The position numbers and the translations under genes are program-made. The notes beneath the pieces were generated by a model, which saw only the letters and a list, made by a program, of their open reading frames with translations, made no database searches and was not told the origin of the DNA. Positions 19,752 to 29,665 of a stretch of 64,000 nt of DNA are shown one piece after another (the stretch's first letter is position 1; every line of letters starts with the position of its first letter). Origin of the DNA: a virus. The DNA lies in IMG/VR virus record IMGVR_UViG_3300045303_000182, positions 45,847 to 109,846 of that record, one strand, 5' to 3'.

Positions 19752-20018
19752 TCACCCAATGATGACATAGAGCGTTTGTGAGTCTTTGACAATCAGTGCG
19801 TCGTACTGGGCCTGGGTCATGCGGACCCACTTGGCGTCAGCGCCTGGTGGGCCTGGTGGACCGGGAGGCCCTTGGTCACCCTTGGGACCGTGTTCGATGA
19901 CTCCTATCTCGATATCGGCAGGCCGTACCGGGGTAACAACGACACCACTGCTGCCATTGCCCGTCCAGACATGGATCGGAGCTTCTTGGCCGGTGCGAAC
20001 GAGAACGTCAGAACTCAT
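19752..20018 (-). CDS. Short collagen-like fibre protein
   Basis: GPKGDQGPPGPPGPPG plus C-terminal MTQAQYDAL..KD..TLYVI. Start MSSDV overlaps the upstream stop. Confidence 0.65.
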   Translation of the reverse strand: MSSDVLVRTGQEAPIHVWTGNGSSGVVVTPVRPADIEIGVIEHGPKGDQGPPGPPGPPGADAKWVRMTQAQYDALIVKDSQTLYVIIG

Positions 20019-20758
20019 GGCACCCTTCCGTTGGGACCGACGCACCAGCCGCCCGTGGTGATCACGGTGACAGTGGGAGGCGGTCCCGGCCAGGGAACGA
20101 GCGGGTACCCAGCGCCGCCACCGATGAGCACATCGGTCTCGGTGACGCGCGGCGCGATGTTGACGATGCCGTAGAGCCATGTGCGAAGAGCGTCAGGCGG
20201 GGGCCAGATCTCGTCCTCGGGCAGGTCGATGGGCATCGGGAAGCGCGAGAGATCAACGGCCGAGAGCGAGTACAGATCCCAGCGGTACTGGCCGTAGTGG
20301 CGGTTGTCGGCGCGCGGCAGGAACAACTCCACCTTGGTGTACTCGGTGTCCTCGTCAGCCCCTGGGTGGAACTCAGCGGCCGTGACGAAGTCAGCGACGA
20401 GCGTGGACTGGTAGCGGTGGAGCACCCTGATCTGAGCGAACCACTGCTGGTCGCTCATGTCGTCGCCAGCGATCGAGGGGTCGTTGAAGTAGAGCGGGAT
20501 GACCACGTCGTCGCCCTGGTAGAAGAGCAGGTCGCAGCGCGACGGCGTGCGCTCCCACAGCTTGTGCCCGTCGGCGGTGGTTGCCGAGCTCGAGCCGTCC
20601 CCGTTCACGATGTTCGGCGGATAGAAGGGTACGACGGGCTGATACCACGGTAAGGACGGTGCGACCTCGCCAGGCTCCAGCACCAACTGGGCCGTCCCGG
20701 CGATCCGGGTGGGCATGTTCGGTCCGAAGACCTGGGCGACCTGTTGTCCTGCCATCAC
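20015..20758 (-). CDS. Virion structural protein
   Basis: DLLFYQGDD...AQIR...WDL...RTWLYG adaptor-like pattern. Confidence 0.55.
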   Translation of the reverse strand: MMAGQQVAQVFGPNMPTRIAGTAQLVLEPGEVAPSLPWYQPVVPFYPPNIVNGDGSSSATTADGHKLWERTPSRCDLLFYQGDDVVIPLYFNDPSIAGDDMSDQQWFAQIRVLHRYQSTLVADFVTAAEFHPGADEDTEYTKVELFLPRADNRHYGQYRWDLYSLSAVDLSRFPMPIDLPEDEIWPPPDALRTWLYGIVNIAPRVTETDVLIGGGAGYPLVPWPGPPPTVTVITTGGWCVGPNGRVP

Positions 20759-22317
20759 GACCTCACGTAGCTGTAGACGGTGAGATATTCCGGGGTGATG
20801 TCGAAGGCTGTGTCACCACCGACTTGGTCCTCAGCCATGACGTGCTCATGCTCAGGGATCGGGTCGATCCAAGCCGTGTGGGTGTGCTCACCGTTGGGGT
20901 CCACGTTGTGCCAGTGCTCGGAGCGAGCGGTGCTGACGCGGACGTTCGACAGGGCAGGCGAGGTCCACTGCAGAGCCTCGACCGAGTAGGTGTGGTTGCG
21001 GTCGTTGAAGAGGGCGTCGATCTTGTTCTGCCCACCCCACACCAGCGCCACGACGGCGGTGCCACCGAGGCCCGCGTAGTCGAAGCCGTTGTGGGCGTGA
21101 CCGTCATCGTTCACATCGTGTTCGTGGGTGCCGCCGTAGACGTTGTGTCCATGGTTGCCGGCGCGGCTGACGTTGACCTTCGCGTTGACTGCGCCAGCAG
21201 GCTGCGACCGCGGCCGGTGCCCGTGGCGAGGCATGTGGGCGACCTGGAGCGTGATCAGGTTGTTGGCGTGGGTTGACACCTTCAGCCCCGGCTTGCGACC
21301 CCAGTCGCAGATCATCGCCAGCTTCTGAGCGTTGGGCAGTTGGATGTACCGCGGTGTGTCATTGACGATGAGGTGCTGCATGCCCTGGACATCGAACAGC
21401 AGCGGCGCATCCTCCTCGTAGACCTTGCGGCCGTCGATCGGGATCCAACCGAGCGGAGTCATCACGCTCGGCTGCTCCAGGCTGGTGATGATGGTGCCAG
21501 GAGGGTTGGCCGACTTGGTGGTCGCCAACTCTTCCCAGGCGTTGCCACGCCAGACGAAGATCTTGCCCCTGGTCTTGTCCTGCCAGATCGTCCCCGGCTC
21601 CAACGGTGCTACTGGCTGCACGGTGTCCCAGTGCAGGTTGGCCCCGTAGACGTTGCCGACAGCGGTGATGTCGCCCTTGGCGAAGACGTTGCCGTCAGCG
21701 GTGAGCGTCCCCTCCAGCTTGAGGTTCTTGTGGATGCTCAGCGTCTCGGGAGCGCTGCGCCACATCCAGGTGTCGTTCTCCCACACCGTACGGCCGTCGC
21801 CGTTGAGGAGGAAGTGATTGCCGGTGCCGTTGAGGTTGCGGAGCAGCGCGTCGTCGGGCGAGATCTTCGTCAGCAGGTTCTTGCTGACGAACTTGCGCTT
21901 GTCGATGACGTTGTCCGACAGGCTCTGCACGCCGGTCGGGCAGAACACCGCTGCGAGCACGGTGACGCCCAACGGCGGGTCGGGGAACACCGGGTCCACG
22001 GCCGGCGTGCCCACAATGACCGTGAGGGTGCCTCCAGCGTCGGCCACGACGAGAACGAAGCGATCCTGGGCGCTGGTGACGCCGAGGCCGACCGTACCCG
22101 GAGCAAGGGTGACGATGGCACCGTTGACGAGGAGCGTGCCTCCAGGAGTCGAAGCCGTGGTGCCAGCGACAGTGACTCCACAGCCCTCGATCACACCCCA
22201 CAGAGGGTGCGCGAGGGTGTTGAAGTCCACCCGGTCTGGCTCGGCCATCCGAGGGTTGGTGACATCGCTTGCATTCGGGATCAGGAATCCGTCGTGCAAG
22301 ACCTTCGGACGAGCCAT
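20755..22317 (-). CDS. Short fibre with tail-collar domain and HxH repeats
   Basis: PPGTII...PLGWIPIDG...QLPN collar motif; MPRHGH and multiple HxH metal-binding repeats. Confidence 0.75.
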   Translation of the reverse strand: MARPKVLHDGFLIPNASDVTNPRMAEPDRVDFNTLAHPLWGVIEGCGVTVAGTTASTPGGTLLVNGAIVTLAPGTVGLGVTSAQDRFVLVVADAGGTLTVIVGTPAVDPVFPDPPLGVTVLAAVFCPTGVQSLSDNVIDKRKFVSKNLLTKISPDDALLRNLNGTGNHFLLNGDGRTVWENDTWMWRSAPETLSIHKNLKLEGTLTADGNVFAKGDITAVGNVYGANLHWDTVQPVAPLEPGTIWQDKTRGKIFVWRGNAWEELATTKSANPPGTIITSLEQPSVMTPLGWIPIDGRKVYEEDAPLLFDVQGMQHLIVNDTPRYIQLPNAQKLAMICDWGRKPGLKVSTHANNLITLQVAHMPRHGHRPRSQPAGAVNAKVNVSRAGNHGHNVYGGTHEHDVNDDGHAHNGFDYAGLGGTAVVALVWGGQNKIDALFNDRNHTYSVEALQWTSPALSNVRVSTARSEHWHNVDPNGEHTHTAWIDPIPEHEHVMAEDQVGGDTAFDITPEYLTVYSYVRS

Positions 22318-22329
22318 GGCCTCCCTCTC

Positions 22330-22662
22330 TCAGCTTCTCACGTAGATCTTCCCCAAGTCCCAAAGGTAGGCGGCGATGTGGCGGGGAACGCGGTAGCGCT
22401 TCCCGGCCTCGAGGCGGAAGGAGACGTGCGGGTTGCCGTACGTGAACTCCTCGATCGTCTCAGCCATGCGGATCTCGACCATGCCATCGGGGTCCACCTT
22501 GGGGGGTGGATCGTTGATCTGCTCGACCTCGATCTCGCGCCTGCCCCCGAAACCGAGGTCGGATGGGCGAGTGACTTCACTGGTTGCCGGATCCATCTCT
22601 GGATCGATCTCGACTTCGGGAACTACTTCCTCATCGAGAGGCTGGGGCTGTCTGGTTGGCAC
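22330..22662 (-). CDS. Hypothetical virion-associated protein
   Basis: GKRYRVPRHIAAYL...G motif; GGAG RBS. Confidence 0.55.
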   Translation of the reverse strand: MPTRQPQPLDEEVVPEVEIDPEMDPATSEVTRPSDLGFGGRREIEVEQINDPPPKVDPDGMVEIRMAETIEEFTYGNPHVSFRLEAGKRYRVPRHIAAYLWDLGKIYVRS

Positions 22663-22702
22663 GTCTGGTTCTCCTGCTGGTATCCCGGTATGGAAGCCGA
22701 GA

Positions 22703-23299
22703 CTACTCCCCGGCTACGACGCCCTCGAGGTAGGCGACGAGCGTCGTGCGGTTCTTGCCTGCCTTCTCGCTGGCGAGCACCGCTTCGGCTTCGTCGGGGT
22801 TGTCGTTGATGAAGTCCTCGATCTCGGCCACCGTGTAGTCGGCCGGGTCGAAGCCCAACTCGACCTCGTCGTCCTCGACAGGCACGTCGGGCACGTCTTC
22901 GCCCGTGTCGGCGTCGTAGATGACCGGCTCGTCATCCTCATCGACTCGACGCGGACCAGCCGTGAGGGACTGGACGATGATCGGGTAGCTCCCACCGGCA
23001 GGCGGGCCTGCGCCGGCAGCGACGGTGAGCGTCGCCGTCTTGGCACCAGCCGAGGCGAAGGTGACCGAGATCGGCCCCTTGTTGTCGGTGGCCGTGGCGG
23101 GCACGCCATCGGGGGTGAAGGTCCAGTCGTAGTCGGCGGCGGCGCGCGACTTGTCCTTGGCTTCGAAGGTGAACTTGCGGCCGTTGGTCTGGTCGGCGGT
23201 GGCCTTGACATCAGCCGTCTCCACGACGTTGCCACTGCCTCCCCCACTTGCTCCAGTGCCGCCGTACATGTTGGGGCCGTGAACGGAAACGATGCTCAT
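22703..23299 (-). CDS. Capsid decoration protein (PKD/Ig-like domain plus helical C-terminus)
   Basis: YDWTF...VTFASAGAKTATLTV (PKD); C-terminal EKAGKNRTTL; directly after the capsid gene. Confidence 0.6.
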   Translation of the reverse strand: MSIVSVHGPNMYGGTGASGGGSGNVVETADVKATADQTNGRKFTFEAKDKSRAAADYDWTFTPDGVPATATDNKGPISVTFASAGAKTATLTVAAGAGPPAGGSYPIIVQSLTAGPRRVDEDDEPVIYDADTGEDVPDVPVEDDEVELGFDPADYTVAEIEDFINDNPDEAEAVLASEKAGKNRTTLVAYLEGVVAGE

Positions 23300-23375
23300 G
23301 CGATACCTCTTCCTCGGGATGCGCCAGAGCGCCAAGGAGCCGCCGCGGGCGGGGACGACTCCCTGGCGCGGCTGG

Positions 23376-24737
23376 TCAGTTCGTGACGATCTTGCAGACC
23401 GAGGACTCGGTCACGACGCCCCAGCCCCAAATCGAGTACCACGCCAGCGCGTGCTCACGACCGAAGTCGAGCACCCCGCCGTCGCGAAGCTCCACCGGGA
23501 GGGAGATGGCATGACCGAAGGCGTTGTCGCCCAGGACGATGGCCTCGTACGCGCCACCCGACGGACCCCACGGCTGACCCCAGCCGGGGAGGCCAACGGA
23601 GCCGGTCGGGTTGTCGTCCAGCGCTGCCGGATCGGCAACGTCCGCGAACGGGTCGAGCGTCTCGTCGTAGTTGGTCATCGACAGGTCGCCACCGGCCTGC
23701 AGCGCGGCGCGCTGGGCCTCGGTGAGGCCGAGGGCCGTGCCACGCCAGTCCGGGTTGAACGGGTTCGCCGTGGCGACCGCCCCACCCGGCAGGTTCGGGT
23801 ACGGATCCGACTCGGTGCCGGTGACCGGCGCACCGATCTGCGTCGTCTCGATGAAGACCACGTCGTCCAGACGGCCGATCTCGCCCAGCATGAAGTTGCC
23901 GGGAGCCGCGTACTTCGTGACCTCGATCCACTCCGGGGTGTCCCGGAGCCGACGGGACTGGTGCGGGTGGACGAAGCAAACGTACGTCTCACCGAGGCGA
24001 GGCACGTTCTTGCTCGACAGCACCTCGACGGCGTCCTTCACGCTGTGCGGCGTGAGGTAGTAGCCGTTGTCCACGCCACCCGCCGTCACAGCGGCGATGT
24101 TGGCGGCGACGGTCCCCGGCTCGTAGATGCCGTAGCCAGCGTTGATGGCGGCGGGCTTCTTGTAGCCGAACACGACGCTCGACGCGCGCTGGAGCGTGCT
24201 GCGAGCCTGGCCGTCCATGTAGAGCGCCATGTTGCGGCCCAGGAGACGCGAGGCCGAGGCCATCACGTCATCGAAGGACGCGTTGAGCAGGAGCTCGGAG
24301 ACGGCGACCGCGAAGCCCTGCTCTGCGACGGTGATCGCGTACTGGTTCGCCGTGATCGCGTGCGTCTTCATGCGGACGCCTTCGATCAGTGGCCCAGCGG
24401 GCATGGGGAGGTTGTTGTAGCGCATGAAGTTCACGGTCAGACCCGGCATCGTGCCGAGTTCCGTCTTCTTCACGGCGAACTGCTCGAACCGGAGCACGGG
24501 CATGCTCTGGAAGAGGATCTCCTTGGACCAGATGGTCTGGATCGCTGGACCCATCATCGTGGTGCCGGATGCAACGGAGCCGGCGTAGCCGACCCCTGTG
24601 TTGTCCATCGTCGCGTTGCCGTAGTACCCCACAGGGGCCTCGTACTGCGAGTAGGGACCGCCCGTGGCGATACGCGTGGTACCGGTGATACCGGAAACTA
24701 CGGGAAGCTCGCCACCGAGACCAGTACCTGCGGGCAT
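23376..24737 (-). CDS. Major capsid protein, N4-gp56 family
   Basis: WSKEILFQSMPVLRFEQFAVKKTEL, YVCFVHPHQ, GEIGRL, DFGREHALAWY. Confidence 0.92.
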   Translation of the reverse strand: MPAGTGLGGELPVVSGITGTTRIATGGPYSQYEAPVGYYGNATMDNTGVGYAGSVASGTTMMGPAIQTIWSKEILFQSMPVLRFEQFAVKKTELGTMPGLTVNFMRYNNLPMPAGPLIEGVRMKTHAITANQYAITVAEQGFAVAVSELLLNASFDDVMASASRLLGRNMALYMDGQARSTLQRASSVVFGYKKPAAINAGYGIYEPGTVAANIAAVTAGGVDNGYYLTPHSVKDAVEVLSSKNVPRLGETYVCFVHPHQSRRLRDTPEWIEVTKYAAPGNFMLGEIGRLDDVVFIETTQIGAPVTGTESDPYPNLPGGAVATANPFNPDWRGTALGLTEAQRAALQAGGDLSMTNYDETLDPFADVADPAALDDNPTGSVGLPGWGQPWGPSGGAYEAIVLGDNAFGHAISLPVELRDGGVLDFGREHALAWYSIWGWGVVTESSVCKIVTN

Positions 24738-24806
24738 GGTGGTTCTCCTTACGGATGATGGAGGGCTAGGAAGCCCCCCGGTGCGGTTGTTGTGTTACCG
24801 CTGCGC

Positions 24807-25646
24807 TCAGCGGCCTCGTCTGTTGTTCGGTGAGGTCGCCTGGAGGAGTTGTGACCGGTAGCGCTTGTAGGTCTCCATGTCCATGCCCTTGATGTCATCG
24901 GGCGTCAACGATTCGTACGACGGCAGTTGTTCCATCGGCCCGACAGGCGGTGAAGTCGGGGCCGCTCCTCTTGGGGGTGGGACGGAGTTGGCGGCTGCCA
25001 AGTTGGCGAAGATCTGCTCGCTGCGGGCCTTCATGACCTCGATCGACGCATCGATCGCGGCCGGGGTGTCCCCACTGATCAGATCCCGAAGCTCGGGCAG
25101 GATGTACTCGGACTCCTGCTCGATGCGCTGGCGCTTGTACTCCATGATCTCGTTGAACTGTCGTTCCCGGTCGAACACGGCGCGGTCGGCGTCGTAGCGC
25201 TGCTCCAACTGTGATAGCTGCGTCTGCCATTCCACTTCCTTGCGGGCGAGGAGGTCACGGACCTCAAGCTCGCCCTCTTCCTTCGCCTTCGCGATGTCGG
25301 CAGCCTCTTGGGCCAACCTCTCCCGCTCGGCCGTCTCAGCGGCTCGCGCCGCCTGCAGTTCCTCTAGCTGCGACCCCATCGTCTCGATGCGGCCGTACAG
25401 CTTGTCCTTCTCCTCGCGTCGGATCTCAGCGACCTCCTGCTCCGTGAAGAAGCGGCCCTGGACCTGTTGCGGCTGTGTGATCCCGTTGCCCAAGTTGACA
25501 ACCGGCTGACTGACCTGTTGGTCGGGTCTGCCGTTCTGTCCGTTCCAGTCCGCGGCGTTGCGCGGCTGTGCTGGTTCCACGCCGACAAGGTGACCCTGGC
25601 CGGTGTCTGTGATGTTGTTGGGCTGGTTGCCCTCTTGGACGGTCAT
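24807..25646 (-). CDS. Capsid scaffolding protein
   Basis: Coiled-coil, RREEKDKLY, C-terminal IKGMDMETYKRYR; between portal and capsid. Confidence 0.8.
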   Translation of the reverse strand: MTVQEGNQPNNITDTGQGHLVGVEPAQPRNAADWNGQNGRPDQQVSQPVVNLGNGITQPQQVQGRFFTEQEVAEIRREEKDKLYGRIETMGSQLEELQAARAAETAERERLAQEAADIAKAKEEGELEVRDLLARKEVEWQTQLSQLEQRYDADRAVFDRERQFNEIMEYKRQRIEQESEYILPELRDLISGDTPAAIDASIEVMKARSEQIFANLAAANSVPPPRGAAPTSPPVGPMEQLPSYESLTPDDIKGMDMETYKRYRSQLLQATSPNNRRGR

Positions 25647-25730
25647 GTTGCGCCTTCTCGTTGTCCTGGTTGGTGAAGTTAGCAGGTGGGTGAGCGATAC
25701 CTGGATATCACACGTCCCCTAAGGGATGTA

Positions 25731-27386
25731 TCACTCGGTCTGTTCGTCAAAGTCTGACCGCTCCGGCGGGTGCGGTCCATAGGCCATCCACTGAAGCTCC
25801 TGAGCCATCGCCGGATCGACCTGCTGGAGCATCGGAACGGGGTTGCCCTCGGCGTCAGCGCCCATCATCGGCTGCCCGTCGGGTGTCATGCCCGTCGCCA
25901 TCATGGTGAAGCTGTTGATCTGGCCGCGGATGAGGTCGAGCGCACCCTGCTGCTTCGTGTCCTCCAGCACCTCTTCGAAGATCTCGCGCATCTTCTGGTC
26001 CGGGAAGGCGTAGCCGAGGTCGCGCAGCGCTCCGCGTCGGGACTCGAGGTTCATCGCCATCATCGCCTGGATCTCGTTGATCTTGATCAGCCGGTCCATC
26101 GGCATCGGGGCGGGCCAGTCCACGTAGGTGCGGTAGCTCGCCGGGTCGTTGGGGTTGAGCTCGGGGTACTGGTCGGGCTTCAACTCCGTCGAGGACAGCA
26201 TCGGGTTGTACACGACGAGGTCCGGGGCGAAGAGGAAGGCGTGCCGGATGATCAACTCGTTGATCTGCTGGAACAGCGGCGTGTACTGGGTCTTCTTGCG
26301 CTCGTACTTGAGCATCAGCGGCTGGTACTGGATCGACAGTGCGACGCCTGATGTGTTACTGATCGGCTGCATCGTGCCGAGCGCCTGAGCCGGGACGCCG
26401 GTCAGTTCGTGCATCGCCTGCTTGAGCAACTCCATGTAGCCGAGCGGACCGGTGAAGTTGGTCTGCAACTCCAACTGGCTGATCTTGGCGTCCTTGTTGT
26501 TGATGGCCCACACCTTGCGTGGACCCTTCTCCAGGTTCGACGCCTTGGCTCCGGTGATCACCGTGACGGGAGCGACGTGGTAGTTGATGATGTCGCTGAT
26601 CTCCGTGGCCTTCTCGTTGTACTCACGGTTGAGCGAGACGAGGTCGGTGATGTCGGCCAGGCCCCACGGCGACGAGGCCACAGGGATGTTGGTGCAGAAG
26701 GCGATCGGGATCGTGCCCAGCGGGTTGGGGCGCGCGTCGATCAGTTCGTCGTTGATGTACTCCTCGATCGTCTCCTCGGTCATGAGCTCGACGTATGTCA
26801 TCACCATGCGCGAGCCGTCCGAGGCCGTGCCCCAGAACTTGTACTTGAGCTTGAAGCGGATGAGGCGCGATCGATCGTGCGGGTGGAACTCCGGGAAGCA
26901 GAAGGCGGGGTTCAGCGGGAGGATGCGGATCTTGCCGTTGTGCGGCACGCCGGCCGGGTCCACGTACGGGTCTTCGAAGGCGACCTTGACGAACACGTCA
27001 CCCGAGACACCACCAAGCTGGCCGATCTCCTGGAGGATCCCCATCTTGTTGTTGTGGACCTCCCACACTTCCTTGAGCGAGTACGGCACGATGGCCGCGG
27101 TCGCCTCGGGGCTGTGGAAGTTGATGCCCTTGCCGAAGCAGAAGTTGCAGATGTAGTCCGCGAACGCGCGCACCCAGTTGAAGACCAACTGCGGCTCGCC
27201 TATCTCACGCTTGTATGCCCAGTGATGGCCGAGGTACCACGCCCAGTTGCTGGCGTACCGGTTCATCCGAGGTCCGTGGACTTCGAACTCCTCGTCGGCA
27301 AGCTCCACCAGACCCAGCGGTGAGATAGCAACGGTGAGGTCGCTGGCAGCGCCTCGGTAGCTGGGTGGGTAGAAGGTGGCTGCCAT
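25731..27386 (-). CDS. Portal protein (SPP1 gp6-like)
   Basis: 551 aa; NPLGTIP, WGLADI, NTSGVAL; upstream of scaffold and capsid. Confidence 0.92.
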   Translation of the reverse strand: MAATFYPPSYRGAASDLTVAISPLGLVELADEEFEVHGPRMNRYASNWAWYLGHHWAYKREIGEPQLVFNWVRAFADYICNFCFGKGINFHSPEATAAIVPYSLKEVWEVHNNKMGILQEIGQLGGVSGDVFVKVAFEDPYVDPAGVPHNGKIRILPLNPAFCFPEFHPHDRSRLIRFKLKYKFWGTASDGSRMVMTYVELMTEETIEEYINDELIDARPNPLGTIPIAFCTNIPVASSPWGLADITDLVSLNREYNEKATEISDIINYHVAPVTVITGAKASNLEKGPRKVWAINNKDAKISQLELQTNFTGPLGYMELLKQAMHELTGVPAQALGTMQPISNTSGVALSIQYQPLMLKYERKKTQYTPLFQQINELIIRHAFLFAPDLVVYNPMLSSTELKPDQYPELNPNDPASYRTYVDWPAPMPMDRLIKINEIQAMMAMNLESRRGALRDLGYAFPDQKMREIFEEVLEDTKQQGALDLIRGQINSFTMMATGMTPDGQPMMGADAEGNPVPMLQQVDPAMAQELQWMAYGPHPPERSDFDEQTE

Positions 27387-28234
27387 CAGAATCCTTCGAA
27401 CTGCATCTGGTTGGCGACCCGACGGTGCGTCGGCTCAGGCTCAGGCTGTGATACCGCAGTATGGCGCAGTTCGGACAGCAGCGGCTCATGCGCGCTCTCA
27501 GTGGAGGCTCCCCACTCGCCCAGGCCCGCCCCCTTGCCGATGCGCTCCACGTCGTTGGTGGAGAAGTCGATCGCCTCGCTGAGGCTGCCCATGCCGCCAC
27601 GGATCAGGCCCCACTTGGGCGTGTAGCCGATCGTCTGCCCGCTGCGCTCGCCCTCGTTCGCCACGACCGGATCGAACAGCGCCTGCTGGATGTGCGGCAG
27701 CTTGCCTTGCTCCTGGTGGAGGCGGTTGGCCTCGGGCGTGCCCTGCACAGCGTGGTGAGCGAGGTCCACGTAGTCGAGGCTGCCTCGAGCTTCGATCGTC
27801 GGCTCGCGACCGGTAGGGGTGTAGTCATGCACCCCTTGGGGGGCTATGGCGTGGTCCCGTACCGTGGTACCAGGACGGAGACGTACCTCGGCCTCGTTGT
27901 CGAAGCCCCACTGCGACTTGCCGGTCTTGAACTCGCCGTTGTCGGTGTAGTGCGAGCGGATGTTGCCGCCCATCCACTCGCCCTGGCTGATGATCTGGTC
28001 AGGGTCCACGACCGCTCGATGCACGGTGCGCTCCTCGTCGCTCCCGCCGAGGCCGGTGTAGTGAGCCACGTTCTGGTCGGTGGTCCAGTGGACGCCAAGT
28101 GAGTCACCAGGCCCGCCCTGCATGCGGTAGATCGTCGTGTTCGGCGTCGGGTTCTTGGCGAGCTTCTGGAACTGCTCCTTGCGGAGCTTCATGGCAGCCC
28201 ACTCTTCATCGCTCACACCCGCCATCAGGTCCAC
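27386..28234 (-). CDS. Putative ADP-ribosyltransferase (R...ExE type)
   Basis: TIYR...GVHWTTDQNVA...NEAEVRL spacing matches the three ART catalytic strands. Confidence 0.55.
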   Translation of the reverse strand: MDLMAGVSDEEWAAMKLRKEQFQKLAKNPTPNTTIYRMQGGPGDSLGVHWTTDQNVAHYTGLGGSDEERTVHRAVVDPDQIISQGEWMGGNIRSHYTDNGEFKTGKSQWGFDNEAEVRLRPGTTVRDHAIAPQGVHDYTPTGREPTIEARGSLDYVDLAHHAVQGTPEANRLHQEQGKLPHIQQALFDPVVANEGERSGQTIGYTPKWGLIRGGMGSLSEAIDFSTNDVERIGKGAGLGEWGASTESAHEPLLSELRHTAVSQPEPEPTHRRVANQMQFEGF

Positions 28235-28440
28235 CGGCTCTTGGTCGGGGACTTCGCGCGCATGTAGCTGCGGTAGGCGTTCTTGATCGGGTTGCGGACG
28301 TAGAGCGCTGGGAACTGCTTGCTGCTCAGCGTCGGGAAGGGGTCACTGGGACTGCCCGTCTGGTGCGAGGCAGCGAACGTCTCGATGTGGTGCCGCGGCG
28401 GCTGCCGGCGTGGGCGTGTCTCGCCGCGGTATCCAGGCAT
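28225..28440 (-). CDS. Small basic protein with LSSKQF motif
   Basis: Start MPGYRGE follows the upstream stop; overlaps the next gene. Confidence 0.5.
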   Translation of the reverse strand: MPGYRGETRPRRQPPRHHIETFAASHQTGSPSDPFPTLSSKQFPALYVRNPIKNAYRSYMRAKSPTKSRWT

Positions 28441-28444
28441 CTCG

Positions 28445-28588
28445 CTACTTCGTGTCCTTGCCGGTGTCTTGGCGCTCGCGCCCCTTGCTGGCCGCAGACG
28501 GCTTGGCCTTGGTCTGCTCCTTCTTGCCCTTCGTGAACGGCTCGGCCTTCTTGCCGCCGAAACTCGCTGGCTTCTTGTCACCAGGCAC
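28445..28588 (-). CDS. Small Lys-rich protein (47 aa)
   Basis: GTG after GAGGAGG RBS: MPGDKKPASFGGKKAEPF... Confidence 0.5.
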   Translation of the reverse strand: MPGDKKPASFGGKKAEPFTKGKKEQTKAKPSAASKGRERQDTGKDTK

Positions 28589-29039
28589 CTGCGCTACCTC
28601 CTCCTCCACCCCCGCCAGGGGTGTCGTACATGGGTGAGCGCTCGACCTTGCGGTTCGGATCGAACGCTGTGTTATTGCCATATGAGCCGTTGATCCCTCG
28701 CGACCCGTGAGATCCGCCGGGGCCGTACTCGGCCTGGGCGAGCGCGCGTTGGCCGGGAAGCGAGGAGTGCAGCCGCCAGTCCTGGGTGAACCCGCCGCCC
28801 TGGGGATGGGGCACGACGATCTCAGGCCCCTGCTTCTGCGGCGGGGTGTAGCTGCCGGTGATGCCGATCTGCGGCCCCGGCTCCTTCTTGGGATCAGCGA
28901 AGAGCTTGTACGGGATCGTGCTCTCCAGCACGCTGTCCTTGTCGTCGGAGAAGAACGCACCGTGGATCGCGCCGATCGCACCACCGCTGACGAAGCCAGC
29001 AGCAGCCTTGAGCGGGTTGGGCCACCAGTCCTTCGGCAT
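28578..29039 (-). CDS. Hypothetical protein (contains DPNRKV)
   Basis: TGATG coupling to the upstream ORF. Confidence 0.55.
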   Translation of the reverse strand: MPKDWWPNPLKAAAGFVSGGAIGAIHGAFFSDDKDSVLESTIPYKLFADPKKEPGPQIGITGSYTPPQKQGPEIVVPHPQGGGFTQDWRLHSSLPGQRALAQAEYGPGGSHGSRGINGSYGNNTAFDPNRKVERSPMYDTPGGGGGGGSAGAW

Positions 29040-29218
29040 CAGCTACCTCCGTGACCGAACTTCTCCGTCATCTCGCTCAAGAAGCGAGAGTCCTCGTCGT
29101 CGGGGTTGTTCATGGTGGCCTTCATCCGTGCGAAGCGATCCTCCATGGCATCGCGCGACACCTGCCGATCGGGATGCCCAGCCTTGTTGGGCTTGTCCAC
29201 TCCATGTCCACTCGCCAT
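29039..29218 (-). CDS. 59-aa protein with shared MASGHGV leader (absent from ORF track)
   Basis: My translation: MASGHGVDKPNKAGHPDRQVSRDAMEDRFARMKATMNNPDDEDSRFLSEMTEKFGHGGS. TGATG coupling on both sides. Confidence 0.75.
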   Translation of the reverse strand: MASGHGVDKPNKAGHPDRQVSRDAMEDRFARMKATMNNPDDEDSRFLSEMTEKFGHGGS

Positions 29219-29433
29219 CAGCGTGATCCTCCTTGCTCTTTCGGCAGTTGGTGACCCATGCCGATGCTTCTCATGTACTCGGCGTAGTCACCCGTGCCGA
29301 CGGCCTTGGCCGAAGCGTCCGAAGCCCTCCAGGCGTCAAGCTCCTGGGCGTATGGACCAACGTCCTCAGGCCCGACCTTGCGGCCGGGATGGTCTGCCTT
29401 GTTGGGCTTCGGGACGCCATGACCGCTTGCCAT
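29218..29433 (-). CDS. 71-aa protein with shared MASGHGV leader
   Basis: MASGHGVPKPNKADHPGRKV...; same N-terminus as the neighbouring ORF. Confidence 0.75.
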   Translation of the reverse strand: MASGHGVPKPNKADHPGRKVGPEDVGPYAQELDAWRASDASAKAVGTGDYAEYMRSIGMGHQLPKEQGGSR

Positions 29434-29435
29434 GA

Positions 29436-29654
29436 CTAGGCCGGAAGCTGCGTGGCCTCGGGCGGCGTCTCGTTGTCGCCGCGCGACGCCTGGATCTCAT
29501 CGATCGCCGCCTGGATCTCGTCCACCTTGGCGTTGATCTCCTGGCCGACCTCGGCAGCCTTGGCCGACAGCGCCTGGCGCAGTTCCTGCACCGCCGTGTG
29601 TGCCTTCTCGATGGCGGCGTCGAGGCGACCTCCGGGGGTTGCTGTGTCACTCAT
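29436..29654 (-). CDS. Small coiled-coil protein
   Basis: AAGGAG RBS; heptad pattern. Confidence 0.65.
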   Translation of the reverse strand: MSDTATPGGRLDAAIEKAHTAVQELRQALSAKAAEVGQEINAKVDEIQAAIDEIQASRGDNETPPEATQLPA

Positions 29655-29665
29655 GTCGTATCTCC

